From Alphaproteobacteria bacterium (GTDB lineage Bacteria > Pseudomonadota > Alphaproteobacteria > Rs-D84): a stretch of 64,000 nucleotides of DNA. Made by a program: the position numbers and the translations under genes. Shown here piece by piece: positions 9,591 through 18,918 of the stretch. The DNA is taken from contig SUUQ01000007.1 in the NCBI GenBank assembly GCA_015062445.1, positions 9,831 through 73,830 of the forward strand, written 5' to 3'. The notes beneath the pieces are model-generated. The model saw only the letters and a program-made list of their open reading frames with translations, did no database searches and was not told the DNA's origin. Every line of letters starts with the position of its first letter. Position 1 is the first letter of the stretch.

Positions 9591-11407
9591 TTGAAAAATT
9601 GAAACTGGAACAAAATCCAATGTCCCCAGTATTAGAAACATTGAAACAGGTTTGTCCTGGTGCTATTAATGAAGATGGAACTGTGGATTTTGATGTTTTA
9701 AAAACGGAATTGTCGGACAGTATAACCGAAGGAAAACGCGAAAGATATGAATTCGATTGGGTTGGTAAAGAAAATGCCAAGCGCGAGTATAAACGTAAAA
9801 TCAGAAAAACATTACGTCCAGTTGTGGCGGATTCTAAAAATTGGGAAACAACCAAAAATCTGTATATCGAAGGCGACAACCTGGATGCGTTGAAATTATT
9901 GCAAAAATCATACCTGCGCAAGGTTAAAATGATTTATATCGATCCTCCGTATAACACGGGAAATGATTTTGTGTATTGCGATGATTTTGCCGAAGACTGC
10001 AAAGAATATTTGGATAAAAAGGAAGTGTGTGATACAGATGGTAATCGTTTGTTTGTTAATAAACGCGATACGGGACATTATCATTCAAACTGGTGCAATA
10101 TGATGTATCCGCGCCTGAAGATGGCACGTGATTTATTAACAAATGACGGTGTTATTTTTATTTCAATTGATGACCACGAAGTTGCCAATTTGAAAAAAAT
10201 TTGTGATGAGATTTTTGGCAACGAGAGATTTGTTGGTATGTTAATTTGGAAAACCAAGACCGCTGCAAAGGGGGTGCCGACAAAAAATATGTTAGTTACC
10301 AACCATGATTATATATTGGTATACCAGGGCAAATCACAATTTAGATTTAATGGCGAAGACAGAGATGTTAGTAAATTCAGTAACCCAGATAATGACCCAA
10401 GGGGTGCATGGAAGGCAGACAACATGAAATCAACTGTGTCAACAAATGTTTTTTCTATAACAGATCCCAATACTGGGAATGTGTTTACAAAAAATTGGGC
10501 TTTTTCTAAAGAATCAATAGACAAAATGATCGCTGAAAACAAGATAATATGGCCTTCCTCTTCAGATGGTACACCAAGACAAAAAAGATTTATGAACGAA
10601 ATGACCAATGATACAACACCTTTACGAAGTCTTATCGGGGAATTTCAATCAGAAACCGCCACAAATAAATTAAAAGAGTTATTTGGTGGAAAAAAATTAT
10701 TTGATTTTCCAAAACACGTAGATTTAATAAAGTTACTGGTTAAGCAAGCGACAGAAGCCGATTCTTTAATACTTGATTTCTTTTCAGGTTCTGCGACGAC
10801 TGCCCATGCAATTATGCAACTAAATGCGGATGATGCAGGAACCAGAAAATACATAATGGTTCAGTTCCCAGAAATCCTCGAAGAGAATTCCGAAGCTTTT
10901 AAGGAGGGGTATACAAATTTGTGCGAAATCGGTAAAGAACGTATCCGTCGTGCCGGTGAAAAAATAAAGGCAGAAACCCCAGATAAAGATCTGGACATAG
11001 GATTCCGTGTTTTACGTGTCGATTCAAGTAATATGAAAGACGTTTATTACAAGCCTTCTGAAACGTCCCAGACAGGATTGCTGGATGCTGTAGATAACAT
11101 TAAAAATGACAGAACTGATATGGATTTGCTTTTTGGTGTTATGATTGATTGTGGCTTGCCACTGGATATGCCAATTGAAACCAAGGAAGTAAATGGCAAA
11201 AAGTATTATGTGGTAAATGGCAGTGATGCTTTGGTTGCGTGTTTTGAAGAAAATATTTCAGAAGATTTAATTCGTGAAATCGCAAGCCATAAGCCAATGT
11301 GCGCCGTTTTCAAGGACTCTTCATTTGCCGAAGCCAAGGACAAGGTAAATGTTTCAGAAATCTTCAAAAGCATATGTGGCGATGATAAAGCCCTGAAAAT
11401 ATTGTAA
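9587..11407 (+). CDS. mod: Type III restriction-modification methyltransferase (Mod)
   Basis: IEGDNLDALKLL, IYIDPPYNTG and ILDFFSGSATT motifs; ATGA overlap. Confidence 0.93.
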   Translation: MIEKLKLEQNPMSPVLETLKQVCPGAINEDGTVDFDVLKTELSDSITEGKRERYEFDWVGKENAKREYKRKIRKTLRPVVADSKNWETTKNLYIEGDNLDALKLLQKSYLRKVKMIYIDPPYNTGNDFVYCDDFAEDCKEYLDKKEVCDTDGNRLFVNKRDTGHYHSNWCNMMYPRLKMARDLLTNDGVIFISIDDHEVANLKKICDEIFGNERFVGMLIWKTKTAAKGVPTKNMLVTNHDYILVYQGKSQFRFNGEDRDVSKFSNPDNDPRGAWKADNMKSTVSTNVFSITDPNTGNVFTKNWAFSKESIDKMIAENKIIWPSSSDGTPRQKRFMNEMTNDTTPLRSLIGEFQSETATNKLKELFGGKKLFDFPKHVDLIKLLVKQATEADSLILDFFSGSATTAHAIMQLNADDAGTRKYIMVQFPEILEENSEAFKEGYTNLCEIGKERIRRAGEKIKAETPDKDLDIGFRVLRVDSSNMKDVYYKPSETSQTGLLDAVDNIKNDRTDMDLLFGVMIDCGLPLDMPIETKEVNGKKYYVVNGSDALVACFEENISEDLIREIASHKPMCAVFKDSSFAEAKDKVNVSEIFKSICGDDKALKIL

Positions 11408-11425
11408 TACGAGGGGGATTTTCAG

Positions 11426-14400
11426 ATGGCAAATGTTGTTCAAAGATATAAACACCAGCAGTTTCAAACAGATGCTTGTAACGCTATTTGTAATGTATTC
11501 ATAGGTCAACCAAACGTAGGGGCTGAAATATATAAAATGGATCCAGGTAACTCTGGTGCACAAACCTTATTGATTGAGTCAAATGATGCGTATAAAAATC
11601 ATAGGATAGAAATTTCTGAAAGCCAGCTCAAGGATAATATCAGAAAAGAACAGATAAAAAACGGCATCAAACCAATTGATGAAATTGCAGGGTATGAACC
11701 TAAAAAAGAACTTAATTTGTCGGTTGAAATGGAAACGGGTACTGGTAAAACATACGTGTATATCAAGACAATTCATGAACTGCACAAACGTTATGGTTGG
11801 ACCAAATTCATCATAGTTGTACCTTCTATCGCTATACGTGAAGGAACTTACCATTCTTTCATGACGACAGAAAAACATTTTAATATGGAATATAGCGACA
11901 CATTGAAATTTTTCATTTATAATTCTGCACATTTACAGGAAGTAGAAGATTTTGCAACTGATGAAAACATCCAGGTAATGATTATAAATGCCCAGGCGTT
12001 TGCAACGAATAATGCGGACAGCAGGATTTTTACCGCTAAACAAGCAGAAAAGTTCAAGGGGCGCAGTCCTATTGAAGTTATTGCAGAAACAAATCCCATT
12101 ATTATTTTAGATGAACCGCAGTCAACCAGCGGTACAGCAACAGTAAAAAAACTGCATGATTTTAACCCTTTGTTTATATTGCGTTATTCTGCTACACATC
12201 GTGATGAATATAATATGCTGTATAGATTGGATTCAATAGATGCTTATAACCAGAATCTGGTTAAAAAGATCGCGGTTAAAGGTATTGCTGTGCGTGGAAA
12301 TACAGCAACAAATGGATATGTATATGTTTCGAAAATAGATGTAAGACCTGGCAAAGATCCAACCGTTTGGCTGGAAATAGATCATCAGGGTGCTAATCGC
12401 TTGACCAGAAAAATTATGCGCTTTGAAGAAAAGGACGATTTGTATGTAAAATCAGGCAAGCTTGCAGAATATCAGGACCGCTGGGTTGTCAGCTTTATCA
12501 ATGGATTTGATAAAACGGTAACTTTTACAAACGGGATTATTCTGGCCGAAGGTAAATCTGTTGGTGATATGAACGAAGATCAGTTACGCAGAGTACAAAT
12601 ACGCGAAACTATTCGTACACATTTAGAGAAAGAAGAAACATTGTTTAATAAAAATATCAAGGTGTTATCACTATTCTTTATTGATGAGGTTGCTAAGTAT
12701 CGTCCAGATAACAACGAGAACGGTCTGTACAAGCAGATGTTTGAAGAAGAATATCAGTTTGCTATGGATAGGCGATTGGAATTGCTGGGGCTGAACCCTG
12801 AATATGAAGAGTTTTTAAAACAGACACATCCTGACACATGTAATGAAGGGTATTTTTCAAAGGATAAGAAAGGCAAACTAAAGGATACTAATGGCGCTTC
12901 CGATGCGGATAGAGATTCGTATGATTTAATTATGAAAAACAAAGAGCGCTTATTGTCATTTGATGAACCCGTTCGTTTCATTTTCTCGCATTCTGCATTG
13001 AAAGAAGGGTGGGATAATACAAATGTATTTCAGATTTGTGCATTGAAAAATACCGACAGCAACACAACTACTCGTCGTCAAGAGCTGGGGCGTGGGATGC
13101 GTTTGTGTGTCAACCAAAACGGTGAACGTATGGACGAGGCCGAGGTTGGTGAAAATGTTCACAAAATAAATGTGTTAACTGTCATTGCTTCTGAAAGCTA
13201 TGAGCAATTTGCAGCAGCATTACAGGATGAGTACAAAAAGGCCACAGAAGGTCGTTTGCAAAAGATTTCAGAAGATATGTTTGTTGGTAAGATTGTGACA
13301 TTTAATGACCAAGAACATAAGATAACTAAAGAAGAAGCTGGTGATATTGTGTACCATTTCACGGTTCAGCAATATATCGATAAAAACAGACAGTTGACTA
13401 GTAAATACTATGAAGCAGTAAAAAACGATACTTTTGTTGCACCAGAAGGTTTTAAGACGTCAGAAATCACCAGCTTAGCTGACAGAACAACGATTAAAAT
13501 TACTGATGCTGGCAGAAAAAGAGTACCGCAAAAGTTGAACAGAAAGAATTTTGAAAAAGCAGAATTTCAGGAACTATGGAATTTAATAAATCAGAAATCT
13601 TTCTATACTGTTGACTTTAAAACCGAAGAGTTGGTAGATAAGGCAATAAAGTCATTAGACGCTAAATTGCAGGTTACCCCCCTAATAGTTGAAATATCGA
13701 ACTCTGGTCTAAAAAGCATCTCGGATAATGCTGATTTAAATATGGCTAAGGGCAAGACCAGCATAGAACGAATTGAAGTAGCGGAAATAACCCAACCGTT
13801 TGACCTGATTGGTGAAATCGCAAGGGAAACGGCTTTAACTAGAAAAGCTGTTGCGCAAATACTGACAGGTATTCGTGCGGATGTCTTTGATAAGTTTAAG
13901 GCCAATCCCCAAGAATTTATTAAAAATGCAATTGATTTGATAAATGAAGCAAAAGCTATTTCGGTAATAGAGCATATAGAATATAATCCATTGGAAGAAC
14001 GATTTAGTACAGATATATTTACAAAACATGAACTAAATGTCCTGGAAGATAAATCTATAGAAACTCCAAATCACAATATCTATGAACGCGTTGTTTATGA
14101 TTCCAATATAGAAAGAGATATGGCAAAAGAGTTAGAGTGCCAGGAAGATGTGAGTGTTTATACCAAACTGCCAAATGACTTTTATATTAGCACCCCAATG
14201 GGAAAATATCATCCGGATTGGGCCATAGTCTTCAAGGCGGGAAATGTTAAACATATTTACTTTGTTGCAGAAACCAAGGGCGTCCCTCCAGAAGAATTAG
14301 AAATAAGTCTGAAGGATATAGAAAAGGCAAAAATCAGGTGCGCAAAAAAGCATTTTGCCAAAATAAGTAGCGACAAAGTGAAGTATGATGTCGTTAATAA

Positions 14401-14434
14401 CTATGAAAATTTATTAAAAATAGTTATGAGCTAA
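11426..14434 (+). CDS. res: Type III restriction endonuclease (Res)
   Basis: EMETGTGKTY, IILDEPQ, FSHSALKEGWD, QELGRGMRL; C-terminal PD...ETK nuclease motif. Confidence 0.93.
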   Translation: MANVVQRYKHQQFQTDACNAICNVFIGQPNVGAEIYKMDPGNSGAQTLLIESNDAYKNHRIEISESQLKDNIRKEQIKNGIKPIDEIAGYEPKKELNLSVEMETGTGKTYVYIKTIHELHKRYGWTKFIIVVPSIAIREGTYHSFMTTEKHFNMEYSDTLKFFIYNSAHLQEVEDFATDENIQVMIINAQAFATNNADSRIFTAKQAEKFKGRSPIEVIAETNPIIILDEPQSTSGTATVKKLHDFNPLFILRYSATHRDEYNMLYRLDSIDAYNQNLVKKIAVKGIAVRGNTATNGYVYVSKIDVRPGKDPTVWLEIDHQGANRLTRKIMRFEEKDDLYVKSGKLAEYQDRWVVSFINGFDKTVTFTNGIILAEGKSVGDMNEDQLRRVQIRETIRTHLEKEETLFNKNIKVLSLFFIDEVAKYRPDNNENGLYKQMFEEEYQFAMDRRLELLGLNPEYEEFLKQTHPDTCNEGYFSKDKKGKLKDTNGASDADRDSYDLIMKNKERLLSFDEPVRFIFSHSALKEGWDNTNVFQICALKNTDSNTTTRRQELGRGMRLCVNQNGERMDEAEVGENVHKINVLTVIASESYEQFAAALQDEYKKATEGRLQKISEDMFVGKIVTFNDQEHKITKEEAGDIVYHFTVQQYIDKNRQLTSKYYEAVKNDTFVAPEGFKTSEITSLADRTTIKITDAGRKRVPQKLNRKNFEKAEFQELWNLINQKSFYTVDFKTEELVDKAIKSLDAKLQVTPLIVEISNSGLKSISDNADLNMAKGKTSIERIEVAEITQPFDLIGEIARETALTRKAVAQILTGIRADVFDKFKANPQEFIKNAIDLINEAKAISVIEHIEYNPLEERFSTDIFTKHELNVLEDKSIETPNHNIYERVVYDSNIERDMAKELECQEDVSVYTKLPNDFYISTPMGKYHPDWAIVFKAGNVKHIYFVAETKGVPPEELEISLKDIEKAKIRCAKKHFAKISSDKVKYDVVNNYENLLKIVMS

Positions 14435-14487
14435 AAGGGTAATAATATGTACTACACGTCAGTAACTGATATGCATAGAAAATAAAA

Positions 14488-14511
14488 AAAAGGTGCCATT
14501 TGGCACCTTTT
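14488..14511. terminator. Bidirectional intrinsic terminator
   Basis: aaaaggtgcc-attt-ggcacctttt between convergent genes. Confidence 0.75.
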
Positions 14512-14893
14512 ACTTTTGGGTATATGACCCTGTGAGTTCAAAGCCTGATTTTAGGACCTTGAGAAAGAAATGCTTTCGATTAGAACTGCTTGGAACAAGA
14601 TGAAGTCTGATGCGGTGGCCAGGCCCAACATTTAATTTTTGTAACTCTTCTACTGCATTATAAAATGATTTAACTGTGCCAAGATTAATGATGCATTCGA
14701 CAGACATATAGGCAGGAATAGTAACGGCAGTTTCCAGACCAGATTCTTTATGAATTGAATACAGCGAAATTGTGCTTTCATTGCGATTTGTCTCGATACG
14801 TAATTTATTCAACTTGGTGTGCATCCAAAACTTTTTGACCTTTGTTATTTCTTCTAAAAAGTCTTGCGCTTCAAAGACGATAAATGGTGGCAT
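14510..14893 (-). CDS. Hypothetical protein (127 aa)
   Basis: Open frame 9 nt downstream of the ARH gene on the same strand; no recognised motif. Confidence 0.5.
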   Translation of the reverse strand: MPPFIVFEAQDFLEEITKVKKFWMHTKLNKLRIETNRNESTISLYSIHKESGLETAVTIPAYMSVECIINLGTVKSFYNAVEELQKLNVGPGHRIRLHLVPSSSNRKHFFLKVLKSGFELTGSYTQK

Positions 14894-14902
14894 GGTATAC
14901 CG

Positions 14903-15685
14903 TTATTTTGTTTCACACAGTTCAATAATCTCCAACAAATCGTCGGGGATATAGGTTTTGGCCTGGTCGATTAGTTCGGGTGGAATGCCGTAATAGGCCT
15001 CGGCGACGGAGCCTGTGATTGCGGCGATTGTATCGCTGTCGCCACCTATTGATATCGCATTGCGGATTGCGTCTTCAAAGTCCGTTGACTCAAAAAAACA
15101 TTGCAGGGCGGGCGGTACCGTTCCCTGGCACGAAGAATCCCAGTCATAGTATTCCTGTAAATCCGCCAAGCAGTCGCATGTCGGGTAATAGTTGTTGCGG
15201 ATGTATTCGGCTATGTCGTCTTTGCTGTGGCCGTTGCGTGCCATGAATATAGCAACGGCAACCGCCTCGGCGCCCTTGATGCCTTCGATATGGTTGTGTG
15301 TCGGGGATGTGACCAGGTATGACAGGCGTTTGACTTCTGCGATATTTTCGCCAAACCACCCGGCGGCAGATACTCGCATCGCCGCCCCATTGCCCCAGCT
15401 GTTATACGGACCCATAGTCGGGTCATTCAGCCATTCCAAAAACATACCGCCATATCCTTTGTTCGGATATGCCTTGCCAACAACTCGCATAGTGTCGGCT
15501 GTGATTTGGCTCAGGTCGCCACCTTGCTCATGCCATTGTTTGATTGCGCTGGCCACTGCTATGGACATACAAGAATCATCCGTGATATAGCAACGGTCGG
15601 TCATAAAAGGGAAGTTCTTGGACCGGATATTTGCAAATTCATAAACAGACCCGGCAATGTCGCCAATAATCGCACCAAACAGCAT
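14903..15685 (-). CDS. ADP-ribosylglycohydrolase (DraG/ARH family)
   Basis: GAIIGDIAGS, TDDS, SWGNGAAMR, CQGTVP and GGDSDTIAAITG motifs; SD AAGGAG. Confidence 0.92.
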   Translation of the reverse strand: MLFGAIIGDIAGSVYEFANIRSKNFPFMTDRCYITDDSCMSIAVASAIKQWHEQGGDLSQITADTMRVVGKAYPNKGYGGMFLEWLNDPTMGPYNSWGNGAAMRVSAAGWFGENIAEVKRLSYLVTSPTHNHIEGIKGAEAVAVAIFMARNGHSKDDIAEYIRNNYYPTCDCLADLQEYYDWDSSCQGTVPPALQCFFESTDFEDAIRNAISIGGDSDTIAAITGSVAEAYYGIPPELIDQAKTYIPDDLLEIIELCETK

Positions 15686-15888
15686 AGTTTTCTCCTTTTA
15701 TGTCACTTTAGGACATGTAGCCCAAATGTCAACTGGTTAGTTTGATTCACTCAACCTTTATCCCGGTGATTAGTTCGCGTTGGCGGGATTGGGGTGGAAT
15801 TGCACGCCCCGAATAAAATAAAACCCATCCGCCCTGAGGCAAAGCTATGATTGGCACAAAAATCAAAAGAGCAGGAAAACCCAATGAG

Positions 15889-15912
15889 AAAACGCACCAA
15901 ATGGTGCGTTTT
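15889..15912. terminator. Intrinsic terminator after tRNA-Thr; near-identical copy at 17487-17510
   Basis: aaaacgcacc-aaat-ggtgcgtttt. Confidence 0.75.
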
Positions 15913-15917
15913 AATTC

Positions 15918-15993
15918 TGGTGCCGGTTGTCGGACTTGAACCAACGACCTACTGATTACAAATCAGCCGCTCTACCAGCTGAGCTAAACCGGC
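15918..15993 (-). tRNA. tRNA-Thr (TGT)
   Basis: Reverse complement GCCGGTTTAGCTCAGCTGGTAGAGCGGCTGATT-TGT-AATCAGTAGGTCGTTGGTTCAAGTCCGACAACCGGCACCA; 76 nt with encoded CCA. Confidence 0.97.
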
Positions 15994-16081
15994 AATGCCA
16001 ACCAATTATACATATCTGGAACGCAAACGCAAGCAAAAAATCATAAAACATGTGTCCAGGGGTAAAAATCATTTATGGTAT

Positions 16082-16110
16082 TTGATTTTTTTCATTTTTT
16101 GGTGTAGTAT
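16082..16110 (+). promoter_or_regulatory. Sigma70 promoter of RNA leader A
   Basis: TTGATT, 17 bp, TG-TAGTAT (extended -10). Confidence 0.7.
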
Positions 16111-16116
16111 ATAGTC

Positions 16117-16295
16117 TGACATAGCGGTTGCTGTGTTGGGCGTCGAAACCCGTTTAATGCGTTGTGTCCGCGGGGACAAAAAACACCTTCAACTGATTGG
16201 TTGGAGGGTGGTGATATACAAAAATAAGCCCGCTATTTTCAACGCATTATAGTTTCGAACCTCCAACCACCTGCCTGTGTACGGTGGTTTTTTGT
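16117..16295 (+). ncRNA. Structured attenuator/antisense leader, copy A (C4/CI-like layout)
   Basis: Two 5' hairpins; tcgaaac (16143-49) pairs with gtttcga (16252-58); taatgcgttg (16155-64) pairs with caacgcatta (16240-49); ggttggagg (16199-207) pairs with cctccaacc (16260-68); terminator aaccacc/ggtggtt plus U-tract. Confidence 0.7.
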
Positions 16296-16297
16296 TT

Positions 16298-16393
16298 GTG
16301 TACATACAAGCATACCCGGGTGTGGCAATAACAGTGTTGGGTCTGTCGTTTGTTGTATGGCCAATTGTTATTGTTTTAACAAAGAATTCATGA
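16298..16393 (+). CDS. Possible 31-aa single-transmembrane peptide
   Basis: GTG start; MYIQAYPGVAITVLGLSFVVWPIVIVLTKNS; possible SD GGTGG lies in the terminator 3' arm. Below ORF-track cutoff. Confidence 0.35.
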   Translation: MYIQAYPGVAITVLGLSFVVWPIVIVLTKNS

Positions 16394-16426
16394 TACGATA
16401 ACCTGTGTCAAAAAAAAGAAAACAAG

Positions 16427-17482
16427 ATGACAAAAGAAAAAGAAGTTGCAAAAAAACAAAACTATATGACATTTGAAGAAATGGCCAAGGTTTTTTTGAA
16501 AGAAAAAATTAACATAAGACAGGGAGAGCTTGGTAGTCTATATCACGATCTGGTTTACAAAAGAGAGTTACCAAGAAGTTATTGGTCCTATACATATTGT
16601 TCCGAGGAGGAGAAAATGCTTCTTGACCAGGTGTTTGGTGTCCATCAAGATTTGCAAAATCCAGATGCAAAAAAATTCTTGGAAAATCTTCAAATTATTA
16701 TTGGTTCCAGATTTGCTGTAAATCCATTTCGGGCAGAGATAGATTATATTATAGTCAAACCAGAACAAATGGCGGATGTGTTCTTGAAACTGGCTGATAC
16801 CGAGATAAAGGATGAAAAGATTAAGTATGATGCCCTGAAATATTTAACAGGCAGTAATGTTTTGAAAAAAAGAAAAGACCTGTGGGCAAAAATATTAAAA
16901 AATCCAAATTCGGTAACATACGATTATAAATTGGCAATAATGGCACTTGATAAAGCCGATCCAGATTTGAAAAAGATATATTCCGCAATGGAGAAAAAGG
17001 TAAAAGTAACAATTGTCAATGAAAGTGAAAACAGATTGCCAGATTTTGATAAATTGAACTATACCAAGGTGCACTTGCATGATGCGGCAAAGTATATTGA
17101 TGCAGATCTGGGGGCGCAGGTAGAGGCAATGTATTTTGGCAATGACGGTGCGGAATTGGAAGAATTCCTGGCCCAGGTTGAAAAGTCGTCCAGTCTGAAA
17201 ATTACAGAACTGACTGCCCAGGTTGAAGGGCTGAATAAGCAGCTGAAGACCACAGAAAACCAGCTGAAACAGACGGCGGGCGAACTGGAAAAGGCGCAGG
17301 CCGAAAATCAAAAGCTGGCCAATGCCAACGAAAAACAGGCAGATAAATTAAACATGGAAAAAAAGTACGTCAAGCAACTGTTGAATGCGGCCGAAGAGTT
17401 GCGTATCGGTATTGGCAGTCGTGGTATCAGAAATATGCGTAAAGTTATGAACTATGTCCAGCAGGCACAGCAAACTAGATAA
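16427..17482 (+). CDS. Hypothetical protein with C-terminal coiled coil
   Basis: 351-aa ORF; heptad-rich last third; followed by a terminator. Confidence 0.75.
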   Translation: MTKEKEVAKKQNYMTFEEMAKVFLKEKINIRQGELGSLYHDLVYKRELPRSYWSYTYCSEEEKMLLDQVFGVHQDLQNPDAKKFLENLQIIIGSRFAVNPFRAEIDYIIVKPEQMADVFLKLADTEIKDEKIKYDALKYLTGSNVLKKRKDLWAKILKNPNSVTYDYKLAIMALDKADPDLKKIYSAMEKKVKVTIVNESENRLPDFDKLNYTKVHLHDAAKYIDADLGAQVEAMYFGNDGAELEEFLAQVEKSSSLKITELTAQVEGLNKQLKTTENQLKQTAGELEKAQAENQKLANANEKQADKLNMEKKYVKQLLNAAEELRIGIGSRGIRNMRKVMNYVQQAQQTR

Positions 17483-17486
17483 GTCA

Positions 17487-17510
17487 AAAACGCACCAAAC
17501 GGTGCGTTTT
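17487..17510. terminator. Intrinsic terminator
   Basis: aaaacgcacc-aaac-ggtgcgtttt followed by more Ts. Confidence 0.75.
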
Positions 17511-17589
17511 TTGTTTGTTTTTGCTGGGGCTGGTTTGAAATTTGATATAAATCCCTTGCCTTTGGAAATATTTGGGGCAAAATAGGGGC

Positions 17590-18849
17590 ATGACAAAAGT
17601 AAAATTACCAGAATTGTTGGCGCCGGCGGGTACGCTGGATGCCTTTCAAACCGCCATTTTATATGGTGCAGATGCAATTTATGCGGGGCTGCCGGGGTTT
17701 TCTATGCGGGCCCGTGCGAAAATAGATGTTGATGGGGTAAAGCAGGGCATAGAACTGGCCCATGCCGCCGGCAAGAAAGTCTATTTGGCATTTAACCTGT
17801 TTGCGCACGATCACGAATATGCCAACATGCCCCGTGTGGCCGAGGTGATTAAATATCTGGCCCCCGATGCACTGATTGTGTCTGACCCAGGTATCGTTAT
17901 GTGGGTACGTGAAAACTTTCCAGATATGCCGATACACATTTCGACACAGGCGAACATTTGTTCGGCCAAGACGGTAAAGTTCTGGCAAAATGCGGGGGCA
18001 AAACTGTGTGTCCTTGCGCGCGAGGTTTCGCACGCCGAATTCAAAAACATCAGAACAGAATGTCCCGATATTGGTCTGGAGATATTTGTTCACGGTGCAA
18101 TGTGCATGTCGTATTCGGGGCGATGCCTGCTGTCGAATTTCATAACAGGCCGTCCGGCAAATCGTGGTGCATGCGCGCAACTGTGCCGTTGGAAATACGA
18201 TGTAATTCTGCGTGAACGTGAATCAGGGCTGGAAATGCCAGTGACGGAAGACGAACGTGGTGCCTATATCATGAATTCGCGTGACTTGTGCCTGATGCCA
18301 CGATTGGCGGATGTGATATCGGCAAATCCCGACAGTCTGAAAATCGAAGGTCGTAATCGTTCTGAATACTATGTTGGGTCTGTTGTTCATGCGTACCGCT
18401 GTGCGATGGATGCGTATGCGGCGAATCCGGAAAATTTTGACCCTGCACCCTTTATGGATTGTTTGAATCGGTTGGAAAGCCGTGGGTATACAACTGCGTT
18501 CTTTGATGGGCCACTGGGGCCCAGTGCACATAACTATGAAACCACACGCAGTACATCTGACTGGCATGCGGCAGGTGTGATAACGGCGACAGATGATGAA
18601 AATATAACGTTCGAGTTACGTAATGAAACGCGGGCAGGGGATGAAATAACATTTATTTTACCAGGGACGATGGATTCTGTGACGGTAAAATTGCCCAAAT
18701 TAATAAATGCGAAAAGTGGCGAAACGGTTGAAAAACTGGCCGCCGGTATGGGGAACAGTATTTTAATTCCACGCAAATGGCTGGGGGATACACACAGGGA
18801 AAAATTTGTTCCCTATGTTTTGGCATACAAGCCCAAAAAACGTATATAA
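17590..18849 (+). CDS. trhP: Peptidase U32 family protein (tRNA 5-hydroxyuridine synthesis, TrhP/YegQ-like)
   Basis: PELLAPAG, EIFVHGAMCMSYSGRCLLS, NRGACAQLCRW and DSLKIEGR motifs. Confidence 0.85.
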   Translation: MTKVKLPELLAPAGTLDAFQTAILYGADAIYAGLPGFSMRARAKIDVDGVKQGIELAHAAGKKVYLAFNLFAHDHEYANMPRVAEVIKYLAPDALIVSDPGIVMWVRENFPDMPIHISTQANICSAKTVKFWQNAGAKLCVLAREVSHAEFKNIRTECPDIGLEIFVHGAMCMSYSGRCLLSNFITGRPANRGACAQLCRWKYDVILRERESGLEMPVTEDERGAYIMNSRDLCLMPRLADVISANPDSLKIEGRNRSEYYVGSVVHAYRCAMDAYAANPENFDPAPFMDCLNRLESRGYTTAFFDGPLGPSAHNYETTRSTSDWHAAGVITATDDENITFELRNETRAGDEITFILPGTMDSVTVKLPKLINAKSGETVEKLAAGMGNSILIPRKWLGDTHREKFVPYVLAYKPKKRI

Positions 18850-18918
18850 CCATATCCCCGCAGTTGCGGGGTTTTGTTTGCCCTTTTGTGATGATTGTGA
18901 TATAATTACACAACAGGG

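Noticed and set aside
9587-11407. Phase-variable mod (phasevarion)
   Set aside because: No simple sequence repeat tract in or before the gene; frame is intact.
5698-14434. Calling the SNF2 operon DISARM or BREX
   Set aside because: No DUF1998/DrmA helicase, no intact HKD nuclease, no PglZ or BrxC; the methylase and nuclease are clearly type III Mod/Res.
15747-15944. 65-aa minus-strand ORF
   Set aside because: Begins inside the tRNA-Thr T-arm and runs through its terminator; no motif.
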